Source of the DNA: the human T2T-CHM13v2.0 reference genome, Homo sapiens
Direction: 5' to 3' (one strand)
Assembly (NCBI RefSeq): GCF_009914755.1
Contig: NC_060925.1
DNA: 64,000 bases
Of this stretch, positions 25,972 through 37,347 are shown one piece after another (the stretch's first letter is position 1; every line of letters begins with the position of its first letter). Below the pieces are notes generated by a model that worked only from the letters and a program-made list of their open reading frames with translations, made no database searches and was not told where the DNA came from. Both the position numbers and the translations under genes were made by a program.

Positions 25972-28484
25972 GAATTGGTGTCAGGAATAGGTATCAGGAG
26001 ATGGAACCACAGAGGTACCATTTTGGGAGTGGTTTTCTGGTGATTTTGGGCTTGGGTGTAGTGTCAAGTTCCTTGCCAATGGGAAATGGGGTGCTAGTTA
26101 CCCAAGGCATGTGGTGACATTATATGAGTCTATCATTTGCGGTTAAGACAAAATGCCACCTGAGGCACGTCTGTTGGGAGCCAGAGTGATGCTGCACTTG
26201 ACTGTGTGGCCATAATGAGGACTGTGAGAACTGTGGGGTGGGATGGATCCTTTTGAGGGCTCCTGTCTTCAAGGAACCAGATACTATGCTCTATTTAAAA
26301 CATACATAGGCAGGCCGGGCACAGGCATGGTGGCTCAGGCCTTTAATCCCAACACTTTGGGAGGCTGAGGCAGGCGGATTGCTTGAGCCCAGGGGTTTGA
26401 GGCTGCAGTAAGCTATGATTGCACCGCTGCACTGTAGCCAGGTGACAGAGCAAGACCCTAGCTCTAAAAAATAATAATATAATAAGAATTTGAAAAATGT
26501 GTAGATAATGACATAGAAAATGACAAGCCCAGGTCCATTAACTCTTCCTTCGAGCCACAGTCTGAGAATCAGACAGCTTCCATGGCAGCCCTTAAGGAAG
26601 TTCTTATTTCTTGCAGCCACAAGGCTGAGACTGCTGAAAATAAAACAAAAAATTTAATTGTGCTGGTTGCTGAATTATGACAACAGTTGGAATCACATCT
26701 GGACAAATTAGGGCATGAATCGTGAAAGAATGGGGTCCTGAAACATGGAATGGGGGCAGTTGTTGGACTCTGATGAAACTGACAATCTAAACTGCAAGTC
26801 ACTCTGAGCCCACCCCCCCCACCCCCACCCCAACTTATCAAGTGGAAATACCTTTCCCTCCGCAGTGCTGGAGGAGACTGCTTTTTCTCTGTTAAGAAAC
26901 CCTGTGATAATCTCGGCTGGAGCAGATGCTGTTCTCAAGACTCATCACAGCCACCTGCTGTTGTCACTAGCCCCTAGCTGTGGTCAGATCTCAGCATGTT
27001 CCACGGTGGCGGGTATACACAGACCTAGGAGGAAACAGAAAAAGAACGACAAGACTGGTGACATGTATGGGAGTGGATTCTAAGGGTTTTAGATCCAGGA
27101 AGGCAGAATGTAACACTAGCCTGGGCTGGACGCATTGATACGGGCACACTCATTAGAGGTTCTGAATTTGGCTGTTAGCTTCTGCAGCTGGAGGTGGCTC
27201 TAACAGCTTGGTTGGTTGACTGAAACTTGGACTTGACAGTAACCTGCAGTTAATGAGGGTTGTGATGTCATGATGTGGAAGAGGGAATCCAAAGGCTTGG
27301 GGAGACCGCAATGTTGGACTGCATGTATCATGTCTAATCTGCACTCCCCTGCTGCCACCACCTATGTTCCACAAGAAGGACCCAAAGACAGAGACATAGA
27401 GAGATCCATTAGTGAGGGAGCCCCTTTGTCCTTGAAATGCACAGTGGCTGCTCTCTTTTGTAGGCCACTGTGAATATAGAGGCTGCCTCCATTGAGATGG
27501 GCTCCCTGATTTCAGTGGGGATAAGGGGGTCCTGGAGTAGCAGATACCGAGGGGCAGCACTTCACTGTCAAGGACAAGGTGGGCACACATTGGAGAGGGT
27601 AGCAGGAATGTATGGGAAGGCAGAATGCCTTTGCCCACAGGGATTTCTAGTGGTGGTGAATTGATTAGAGTGTCTCTGGGAATGAAATAAGTGGGCAGCC
27701 TACTAGAGTATTATTTCATGTATTTTTATATGTGATAGAAAGTTCTAGGCCCGGTAGCCAAAACCTGGCAATTGATAGTCATGGCTTCTCATTCAGTTTC
27801 CAGACCCTAAGTCAATTCACAGACCCAGAATCCCTGGGTGGCCGGGTCCCCTTGAGGAAGGAGCCTGCATCATTGCCATAAATACTTATTGTAAATCTTC
27901 CTCCAAACCTTCCTCCAAAGGGACCTGTGACCATTTACCAAAATAATGGGGAAATGGACATACCCAGACAGTTCTGGAGTTACTTGGCACTAACTCTGAA
28001 CTGATGCTGTTTCCTGGGGATCTAAAATGCCACTCTGGCTCATAAGTCAAAGTGGGGCTTGTGATGGTCAGGGATAGAGTCTTAGCTGTAGTCTGACTCT
28101 CAGTAGATTTGCTTGGTCCATGCCCACCCCAAAGTTATTTTCTGAGCTCCTGAATAAACAATTAGAGTAAGCACACTTGGTAATTATCCATTTTCTTCTC
28201 TCTTCTTCCCATTTTTGTTTTATATGCAAGTTTTTGGAAGTCGACTTTATAGTCTTTAGGTGACAGAATGTTCCATGGAACTGTGATCGGTATTTAAGTC
28301 CTAATAAATATAGTCCATGACGACTCCTGGGCCTATTAGTCTCCTTGTTTTGGGGAGTGAGTGAGAACTTACAAGGATGATAGCTGCATCTTTTTAGATA
28401 GAAATACGCAGTTGTGTTGTTGTACAGGACTTCAGTGGTGTGCAGGAGGATTCATATGGAAGCTAAGTAGTCAAAGAGATGGGC
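25972..28484 (+). mobile_element. ERVL (HERV16/HERVL-like) internal region, pol deleted
   Basis: PBS TGGTGTCAGGA (tRNA-Leu) at 25976; gag remnants MAALKEVLISCSHKAETAEN (26582), VWEWILRVLD (27065) and EGPKD..GAPLSLK; protease remnant LLGTNSELMLFPGD (~27980); purine tract before the 3' LTR. Confidence 0.85.
26313..26484 (+). mobile_element. Alu monomer (FRAM/FAM-like or internally deleted AluJ)
   Basis: GGCCGGGC start, single arm, A-rich tail. Confidence 0.8.
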
Positions 28485-29351
28485 TTTTCTGGTTATCAAT
28501 TATTGCTTTTCTGTGTCCAATCACCCTTCTTGCCTGCCTGGTGAAAATGGATCTGGGCCCTTTAAATTTTCTCCCTGTCCAGGCAGCAAGCTGGGCTTTG
28601 CCAGTAGAGGGCGCCGAGGAGCCTCTGCAGCAGGGACCTTCTGCTTCCTGGTTGCCACGTGCTCACAGGGCCTGCTCCTGCAGCACGTGCCGCTCAGTGC
28701 TGGCTGCTGCCGTGCTCAGCAGAGGCCAGCAGCACCTTATTTTAGGCAGTTTTGTAGTGGGTGCCTCTGGTGAGACACCTCCTGTGAGCAGCTTTTGTGG
28801 CACCCTGCGGGGCAGATTTCTGGTAAGTTCTACAGGTTGGCTTTCTTGCAAGTTCTGCTGGTGTGCACCAGACCAACTTTTTTTCTCCCCCAATGTAGTG
28901 AGGCACAGCCATACCCTCTTCAGCAAGGCCTGGATATCAGCCCTCAGGGGTGTTTGTGGGAGGATGCTTGTTTCTGGGTGGAGGCTCCTCCTTGGGCACT
29001 CTGTCAGCTCAGGTTGAAGAACTGTTCTTTAGGGGCTCTGCCATAACGCTGGAGTAGAAGCCTCTTCCTTGAGGGCTGGATGTCAGCCCTAGAGAAGGTG
29101 CGTTTGCTTGATACTCTAGCTCAGCACTGGGTGGGGTGGGGGACTTTTGCTTCTGAGGGTCTCTTTCAGCCCTGGGGGGCAGCAGCTGCTCCTTTTGTCT
29201 CCTAAACCTATATTCTTCAGAGTTCCCTTTACTTTCTAGCCAGTTTCTTGTTAATTCCACCTCCCATTATGGTTAATAATCCTTTATATGAAACTTACCT
29301 ATTCAAATGACTGCGCAGCTTCCCCCTCCTAATAGGATGCAGAGTGATGCC
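28485..29351 (+). mobile_element. 3' LTR of the ERVL provirus
   Basis: Shares TCACCCTTCTTGCCTGC..AAAATGGATCTGGGCCCTTTAAATTTTCTCCCTG..CTTTGCCAGTAGAGGGCGC with the 5' LTR. Confidence 0.85.
28600..28616 (+). promoter_or_regulatory. CTCF motif in the 3' LTR
   Basis: GCCAGTAGAGGGCGCCG matches CCASYAGRKGGCRS exactly. Confidence 0.7.
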
Positions 29352-30467
29352 CATTGTGCATACTGGCCACAGTTTGTCCACAGTTTTCCTGTGGACATTT
29401 CCAATTTGGGGCTATTATGAATAATCTGTGATGTGTATTCTTGAGTGGATGGGCTTTTTTGTGTTATGCGTTTTCATATCTCTTGGATAAATACCTCGAA
29501 TGAGGTTCCTTTGGGAAGGCCAGGCCACAGGGCTTTCAATTTGTCTAGAGGGTGCTGAGGAGCTGCTGGAAGTTTTGTGGGTCTATTTTAAGTAACACTG
29601 ATGGATTCGATGTGGGTCTTAGAAGGAGTGAATGGGAGGGGAGATGCCAGTCTTCAATTCCCCAGATGAGGGTGGCAGCTCAAACTGGTGACTTGGTGTG
29701 GGACTTTGCTCCATTGTCTTTTTCCTAAACTGTGAAATGGGTTTTTCACAGGCGTGCATAGGATCGTTGGCAGGACTGAGTGGGATGAAGCATGAGGGGC
29801 ACTTGGCATGGGGCTGGCATGGAGCAGATGCACAGTGGTGGCAGCCAACAGGACTGCCATTTTTAGGTGTTTCAGGCAGGATGTCCTAGCTTCCCCCTGG
29901 TGCTAGCCATTATGTGTTCACAGTCCAAGAGCCCAGGGGGGTGGCAAAGGGTCTTGGTGCCCTGCTTAGAGACAACTCTGGACCTAGAAGGTGGGGCACA
30001 GCTGCCCGTTGCTGTGCAGTGCTGGGCACTTTCTGATGCCTTCTTGTGGCATCCCTCGGAGTGGGTGGACAAGGTGGCCTTGGGTTCTGGGCACTTTGCC
30101 CAGCCCCCTGACAATCACCTCAGCTGGCATCTTGCCTGTCCAAGCCCCGAGCTGCTGTGCCCCAGCAAGTCAAGCGGCCATGATTAGTCAAATAAAATTT
30201 CCATCTGTTGAAGAATTTACGAGAGTTATTACTGGCTATAAAACCGATCTGAGGAGAAAGATGGATCCGAGGGGGTAAGTGCCTCTAATTATGTGCGGCA
30301 GTGACGTTTAAATAAGGTAGCACAAGTCCTTATTGGAGGGAGCCAGGTCCCTATCCCTCTCTGGGCCCAGAATGTGGCCAGACTGGTGGGGGTGGGTGCT
30401 TCACTGCAGAGGGAGGAAAGAGGAGCTACCCTATGCAAACTCGGGGACAGGGGTCATTGCGGCTTAA

Positions 30468-30604
30468 TTTTTTTTTTTTTTTTTTTTTGGTAGAGACAAG
30501 GTCTTGCTATGTTGCCCAGGCTGGTCTCAAACTCCTGGGCTCAAGCAGCCCTCCCGGCCTCCCAAAGTGCTGGGATTACAGGTGTGAGCCACTGTGCTTG
30601 GCCA
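30468..30604 (-). mobile_element. Alu left monomer (FLAM/AluJ)
   Basis: polyT followed by a single antisense arm. Confidence 0.88.
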
Positions 30605-30853
30605 CTGTGGCATTTAGAAAGATCTTAGATGCCAAAGGGCCTAGCGCAGTGCCTGGCATGCAGCAGTGACTTAATAAATGCATGTTTCTGCTTTACCTGC
30701 TTCCCTCCTACCTCCGGGGACTGAGCTGGGCCGCTTACAGGATGCAGGAAGTGGTCTCCCTGGGCCAGGCTCTTGTTGGCACAGACTCTGTGTGATCCGC
30801 CCAGGTAATCTTGCTGGGTCTTCATAGCTTTGACTTTAAAGTGGGACAATTAA

Positions 30854-31210
<357 letters not shown>

Positions 31211-31719
31211 TAACACATGACTTAGCTCTAATGCCTCCAGCATCTAGGGAAGGAGATCACATCGTGGGTTTCTCCTCATCTCAGGTGGGAAGGTCTCGGG
31301 GGTCCATGCGCTCACCTGAGGTCACCTGGATCCCAGATGCTCCTGCCTTCTTGGAGGAATGTGGCTTTAAAAGGCCAACCCCTAACCTTCACCTTACTCA
31401 AGATACTGAGAACAAGACCACTTGGGAGCAAATGTGGCCTCCTGGTAGCTGGGGAGAGCCGTGAGATGGTTGGTGCTGGAAATTCTGCCTGGAGTCCGGC
31501 ATAACTGAGTTCCCGGGACCCAGGGTGGAGACGAATAATCCCATCCCAGAGAGTCCGAGCCTTCAGATATAGGGCTCCGGGGCCTGAGACTCTGAGGTCG
31601 TGCAGCAAATTCGTGGCAGGTCCACTGACTGCTAGGCCAGGGGTCTTGTCGCTGGTCCACGCAGAAAGGAAGGATGGCTACTTTCTGTTCCTCCCCTGAC
31701 CACCACCCCATCAAGCACA

Positions 31720-31877
31720 GACCAGGCCCCACCCCCTGGGCCATTTAAAACCAGAGGCCCAGGTGCTGTGGCTACGCTTTCAGACCGAGAGTCAGCTGTT
31801 AAAAGGCTCACACCTGGGCCGGGAGCCATCCGAATTCAGTCTTCCTGAGGCTCTGGCTCACCTCCAGGCAGGTAGGT
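31720..31877 (+). promoter_or_regulatory. Putative core promoter and non-coding first exon
   Basis: CACCC box ~31730; TATA-like ATTTAAAA 31743-31750; Inr-like TCAGACC 31780-31786; donor CAG|GTAGGT after 31871; locally CpG-enriched. Confidence 0.4.
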
Positions 31878-33549
31878 CTCACCGTGGGTCCCTTTCTCTC
31901 GGCCAGGCAGCTTGAGTGTGACTGTTTGGCAGTGGTTGTGCACTGTGTCTGGAGCCCCTGGTCCCCGATATCGAACCCCAGGGGGTTGGGCTGCAGGTGG
32001 GAGCCCAGGGGCTGGCGTTTGTGGTGGGGCTGCAGGAAAAACCAAGCTTCTCTGGTCAGGTTGTGGCCTGTGTGGGTGGTCTTCTCCTTGGTGCCCCCCG
32101 CCCCCCAAGGCCTTGTTCCCCGGTGACTCCTGAGCTGTGGGCCCCAGGTGGCAGTGGAGGGGCTCCCACCTCTGGCGCTTTCTGCGTGGCCTCCCGGGGA
32201 CTCAGTTTTCCTCTGCGTCCATGGGGGTGGTAGGGCTGCCTGGTGGGGCCCGCGCAATAATGGAATGAGTGTGTGTGAGAGAGGGGGACCCCAGGCCTCT
32301 GATTCCTCGTTCGCCTTTTGGGGCCAGGCTAGGAGAAGCGGTGGGGAAGTGCTTACCTTGCCGTGGCAAGTTGATGTCTCTTGGACTGAGACCTTTGGGC
32401 CAGAGTAGCCTAGGTCTCTGGGAATTTTCATTTCATCCTGCAATGAAAGAGCCTGGCCTGCGGGTCCCCAGACACTGTGGGCTCTGGGACAGCTATGGAA
32501 TTTCTGTCTTTGGATGGCTTCTATCGTGCTGAGGGATTCATTCTGTCTGGGTTTCACGTTGTTTAAAACCAGGTGGGCTGGGGAGCGGGAGTGTGTGGGG
32601 GCTGTGTTGATGCACCCCTGTGTTGGCCCCGAGCTGGCCCAACGCTCCTCTGACCTCGCTTTCAGACCGTAGAGTCAAGTGACGGGGTAGCGTGTGGGGG
32701 TGCTTTGGGGTGTGGTCTTTAGAAAGCCTCCCCGGAGGTGCTGGCATCCCTGGTTCCCTCTTAGTCATAATATGTGACCTCCATGGCTTTCCCATCTCAA
32801 ACTCGGGGTGGAGTGGGTCCCTCAACCCTTTTCCCCACTTCTGCGGGACCCTCGGCCCCTCCCCGTGTCCCCTGCCTCCAGCCTGGAAGGAGGTTCTGAC
32901 GAATTGGAGGGCTGCAGATCCCCCTGCTGGCTCCACAGCCTTTGTAAGCAGCTCATTACGTCTTCCCCATCCTATTCCTCATTAGCCGCAGGTGCTCTCC
33001 ATGAGAGGGTTGCCAGGATTTCTGAGTTTTAGTGGCACCTGGGGCAGGGGAAGGCTTATGGCAAAATGTTCCTTAGTCTTTTCTCCCCCATTCCCTCCCC
33101 CTGCAGAAAAGGATGAGCGGTTGGGAGCCTTGGGGCTGACAGGTTTTGTGAGTGTGCAGTGGGGGCTTCCGCCCTCGGGAAACAGGGGTTGGCCCTCTGG
33201 AAACAGGGGTTGCGATGGAGCTCCATGCTTTACCGGCTGATGACTCAGCAGGTCTGAGCCTCAGCTTCCCATTTACTAAATGGGCTAACTGGGACAATGA
33301 TTGATCTAGTGCCTTCTATCATGATAATCATTATTTTTGATAATATGTCCCAGACAAGAATAGCAAAGGTTGGAAAGCAGCTCTGTGTTGAGCTGAGCAG
33401 GGCTCGGGAAACCCCGGTGGGGGTGGGGGTGGGGGTGCTGGTGCTTTCATGGAGGCAGAAGCCTCTGGCTGGTCCCTTCCCTTGGTGGGCAGCTATGGTC
33501 CAGTTCCCGGCTGACAGTGGGGCTGGCCTTAGGTGTGACGCAAGGGGTG

Positions 33550-33656
33550 GGTAGAGGCCAGGGAAGCTGCTCTGTATCCTGCAGTGCACAGGCCGGCCCC
33601 TGCTGCAGACAGTCATCCTGCCTCAAATGTCAACAGTGCTCAGGTTGAGACACCCT
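33550..33656 (+). mobile_element. MER20 3' part
   Basis: GGTAGAGGCCAGGGAAGCTGCT...CAAATGTCAACAGTGCTCAGGTTGAGACACCCT. Confidence 0.8.
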
Positions 33657-35849
33657 CAAGCTCCATGCCTGGCACATAGTTGGCTCTCTATAAAGCTTGG
33701 ATGAACACCAGTGGGCAAGCCAGGGGGGACTGGTCATAAAGTCAGCCTGAAAACTGGGGGTTCACTTCCTTCCAGCCCAATGTTTCTTCTTATTGCTCTG
33801 TTAGGCATGGTCAGGAATGCTACGAGGTTCTGACAGGCAGCTTCCAGTCCTGGGTACCCTTGGAGGTGGGGTTGGTGATGCTGTGACTTCAGCAGCCTAA
33901 GCTCCTGGGCCCCCCCCCCACAGCATCTCTCATCCTGATGCCTATTGGGTTCAGCCTCGTCCTCCTTGTGTCACCCCCACGCTGTTGATGATCCTCCAGC
34001 CCCACTTGGCATGCCTGATGTGGCCTGAGAGCCTGGGTTTTAATAGCTGAATATTTCTTTAAAAGAAATTCCACTTGTCTTGAGGCCCGCGTTCCTCCAG
34101 CGTTGCCTGCCTGGCTCCCCGGGGGAGTTCACGCAGAAACTGATGTGTTAACAGGCTGCAGTGTCTCCCTTTCCATCTCTCCATTTAGCCTCCCTTGGAG
34201 ATGGCCTGGTCGCTGGCTCTCTGTGCCCTTGCCTAGTGGCTCAAGATGGCACATGACTTGGGGCCCCCGGATCTGGGTAGGGGGGCTGTATAGACACCAG
34301 ATGTTGGAATCCACCCAGGTAAAGCCACCATGATGCACAAGTCCCAGGTGCCAACTGTGCAGCGGTTGGGGGCTCCAGCCAGAGTGGAGTTGGAAGGGAT
34401 GCTGCTGGAATCCAGCTTGTGGGGAGATGGTACCAACTGGAGGTGCTGGACGCTTCCTTCTTTGAGATGAGCAGGCAGCGATCACCGGGTCTGGGGCTGT
34501 GTGGAGCAGGTTGGGGCTGGCCTTCCTCCTCTGGGTCCCTGAGTGTGGTGGGCCTGAAGGAAGAGAAACATGTCAACTTGGCTGTCCAGGCCAAGTGTAC
34601 TAAAGAGTAACCTCCACGTGGGCAGGGATTTTTATCTGCCTTAGTTCACTGTGGTGTCCTGGTGCCTAGGAGAGTGCCTGGCATGGAGGCCGCACTGTCC
34701 CCCACTCCTTGCCTCCAAACCACCTCTGCTTGAGCTCTACCTACAGACAGGACCCTGTGCTTTTTACACATTAACTCATCAGACACTCGCAATAACCATA
34801 TGGAGTTGGTGTGATAACATACCCATTTGACAGGTGAGGAAACCGAGGCCCAGGAAAGTGAGGTAACGTGCCCAAGCCCCTCTCCATGGCAGGCTATGTA
34901 GCATCTCTTAGGTCTCAGCTCAGGGTTCCCCTCTTAAGAGGTCTGACCAGAGCCCTGGCTCCATTCCACACATGATGTCATTGTTGCTCCCTCGTAGCAC
35001 GTCACCCGGCTCTCTATAAATGTCTGATTCACTCACTTATTCACGATCTGTCTCCACTCCCCGGAATGTGAGGTCTCTCAGGACAATGTCTGGCCCCTTG
35101 CAGGGCAGAGCTGACTGGTCTGACCTGACATCTGTGCTCTTACCCACCAGGCTTTCCTGCCTGCCTGGTTTGATGAGCTGTGGGTTCATTACATCTGGCA
35201 TGGGCGCCATTTCCCGGGTCCTAGGATGTGAGGCAGAGGTTCCCTCGAGACCTCTCTCAACTCCCAGGGAGTTAAATCTCACCCCAGGTTTTAGAGCAGC
35301 CAACTTCCTGTGGCCTGCCCTCCTGCAGAGTAATTACTGTAATTTTCCCAGTGTCACCCTCAGCCTTTGGATGATATTGTGACCAAAATGTGAGAAGCAA
35401 TGACACCCTGTGACACTCCCAGCCCTTGTAATTGAGGCTTTGAAAGCACTGCTGACGTCTCCAAAGGCATCTGGGTGCTCCACGGCTGTGATGGAGGTGG
35501 GACCTCTGAACCCTGGCTTTTTGACTTTGGCTGCTTTGCAAATGTAGTGACTAATAGATGTGATGTGTTGATTCACTCCCCTGTCTTCCCAAAATTGTGT
35601 TCACATCCCTGATCCAATCTGGAGCCTTGTAGCAGCCTCGTGAGGCTGGGACTGGTACTTTGGCCCTGACTTAATCGGCAGAGAACTTGTGCATTCCTTG
35701 AAATTGTACAGCGTATGAGTGGCAGAGCCTGGCTCAAACCCGGGTCTTCTGCTCCCATGTCACACACACTCGGTCTGGGACCTCTTCTGTGCAAATATCC
35801 CATTCAAGAGGGCCTCCTGATTATTCTACCACTATCTAAAGTTGGTTGC

Positions 35850-36115
35850 AGAGTAGCAATAGCAAAAGCAAAAGTCACAACCTTGGGCGCTGACAGCCTG
35901 TCAGGCACCGTCCTAATTGACTTGCCATGTGTTAATGCATTTATTCCTCCCTGAAGCCCACTGTGGTGGGGGCTGTGATTATCCCCACTTTACAGATGAG
36001 GAAACTGATGCCCAGAGAGGGTATATTTAGCCCAGGACTGGGAGCCATAATGTGATGGAGCTGGGATTGGAACCCACGTAGTCTTCAGAGACCAAGCTTT
36101 GACCATACTGCCATA
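35850..36115 (-). mobile_element. MIR
   Basis: ATTATCCCCACTTTACAGATGAGGAAACTGATGCCCAGAGAGG. Confidence 0.85.
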
Positions 36116-36224
36116 TAAATCATCTAGAAAGCCATAATTCCTGGAACTTACTGCATTTTTTTCTCAGGGGTGTTCATTTGTTCATTCATTCCTAAGCTAT
36201 GGTTGAATGAATGAATGAATGAAT

Positions 36225-36740
36225 CTATTATGTACTGACCATTGTTCTAGGTGCTGAGGATTCAGTCCTGGGCAAAACAGACAAAGTTTTGCCCCCGTGC
36301 AGTTCCATTCTAGTTGGGGGAGACAAGATATGCAGATGATGAATGTGGTTTCAGGTTGGGAGAACTATGGAGAACAATGAATGGAACGGGAACAGAGAGT
36401 GATGAAGAAGGTGACTTTGGCCACAGTGGTCAGGGACGGGGGAAGCAGACACCTGAGGGGGAAGCGAGACGGGTGAGCATCATGAAGAAGGGGTTCCAGG
36501 CAGAGAGCAGCGTCTGCAAAGGCCCTGCGGTGGGACTGTGGAGGCCTGCTCTGGAAACAGTGAGGAGGGCATCAGGAGGTGAGGTCAGAACGGTAAGAGT
36601 GAGGAGATGCTGGGGTTGCATCGGATGATAGGATCCGACTTCGCTGCTGGAGACAGAGCCGGGGGATGAGGCGGAGGCAGGGGGGCCAGTGTGGGGGCCG
36701 TCCCTGTGGTACAGGGGTGAGACGATGCTGGCAACTTAGC
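36225..36740 (-). mobile_element. L2 fragment
   Basis: ATTGTTCTAGGTGCTGAGGATTCAG...AAAACAGACAAAG; TTCCAGGCAGAGAG..TGCAAAGGCCCTG. Confidence 0.75.
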
Positions 36741-37347
36741 CTCAGGGTGCTTCTAAAGAGTCTCTTCTTAGATATCGCTCTCTTCCCTTTCCTCCCGGAC
36801 TGACGTCTGCACATCCTTCTCTCCCGGCTAAGACCTTCCCTGCTCTCCTGGGGGTTGAGTTTGGCCTTGTCTAAGCCCGTGGCTGGGTGCATGGCTCCCG
36901 GGCACTGCTCTTTTGTGGCTGCCTTGTCCAGTGGTTATTTGGTGCGCAGTAAGCCCTTTGCTTTTTGGGTATTGACTGTAGATCAGTGCTCACCATGTTT
37001 ATCCTCCATAGGTGCTTTATTATTATTTTTGGCATCTGCAGAAATACCTGCTTTATGTGTTGCCTGCTCAGTTATGTCTCATTGTTGCCTTTATTTACTT
37101 ATTTCACACGAGACAATGTCCCTGCTTGGCTTCTCGGCTCAGTCTGATGCCGTGACTGCTGACACGGGAGGAATGACGCTGCGTTACTCAAGCAGGTGGC
37201 AGTGTGGCTTTTCTCGAAAGCATGAGGCCCCAGCCTCCCTGGGTGTGCAGAATGGGTGCTCGTGAATCCCTCTGGTGGGACTGGGTGTCTGTGGGTTCAG
37301 TCCTGGGGGGCAGGGGTGAGCATATATGTGATGTGGGGTTTTAGAGA

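Larger units (their letters stand above)
23495..29505 (-). mobile_element. Old L1M(E) 3' end split into three pieces (23495-23721, 24357-24485, 29352-29505)
   Basis: TTGAGGTATAATTTA...CTTGAACTTC | ATGTAAATGG...ACTCAGCATAAT | CCATTGT...TTTGGGGCTATTATGAATAA read colinearly. Confidence 0.75.

Noticed and set aside
28361-29017. 218-aa ORF and its apparent paralogue at 24431-24889 (shared TLLACLVKMDLGPLNFLP)
   Set aside because: The similarity comes from the two LTRs of one provirus, not from a gene family.
31808-32557. Longest ORF (249 aa, minus strand)
   Set aside because: GC-rich, low-complexity translation with no recognisable domain; long chance ORFs are expected at this GC content.
33171-33212. 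21-bp tandem pair; similar small tandems at ~48560-48607 and 55890-55913
   Set aside because: Real but ordinary slippage products.
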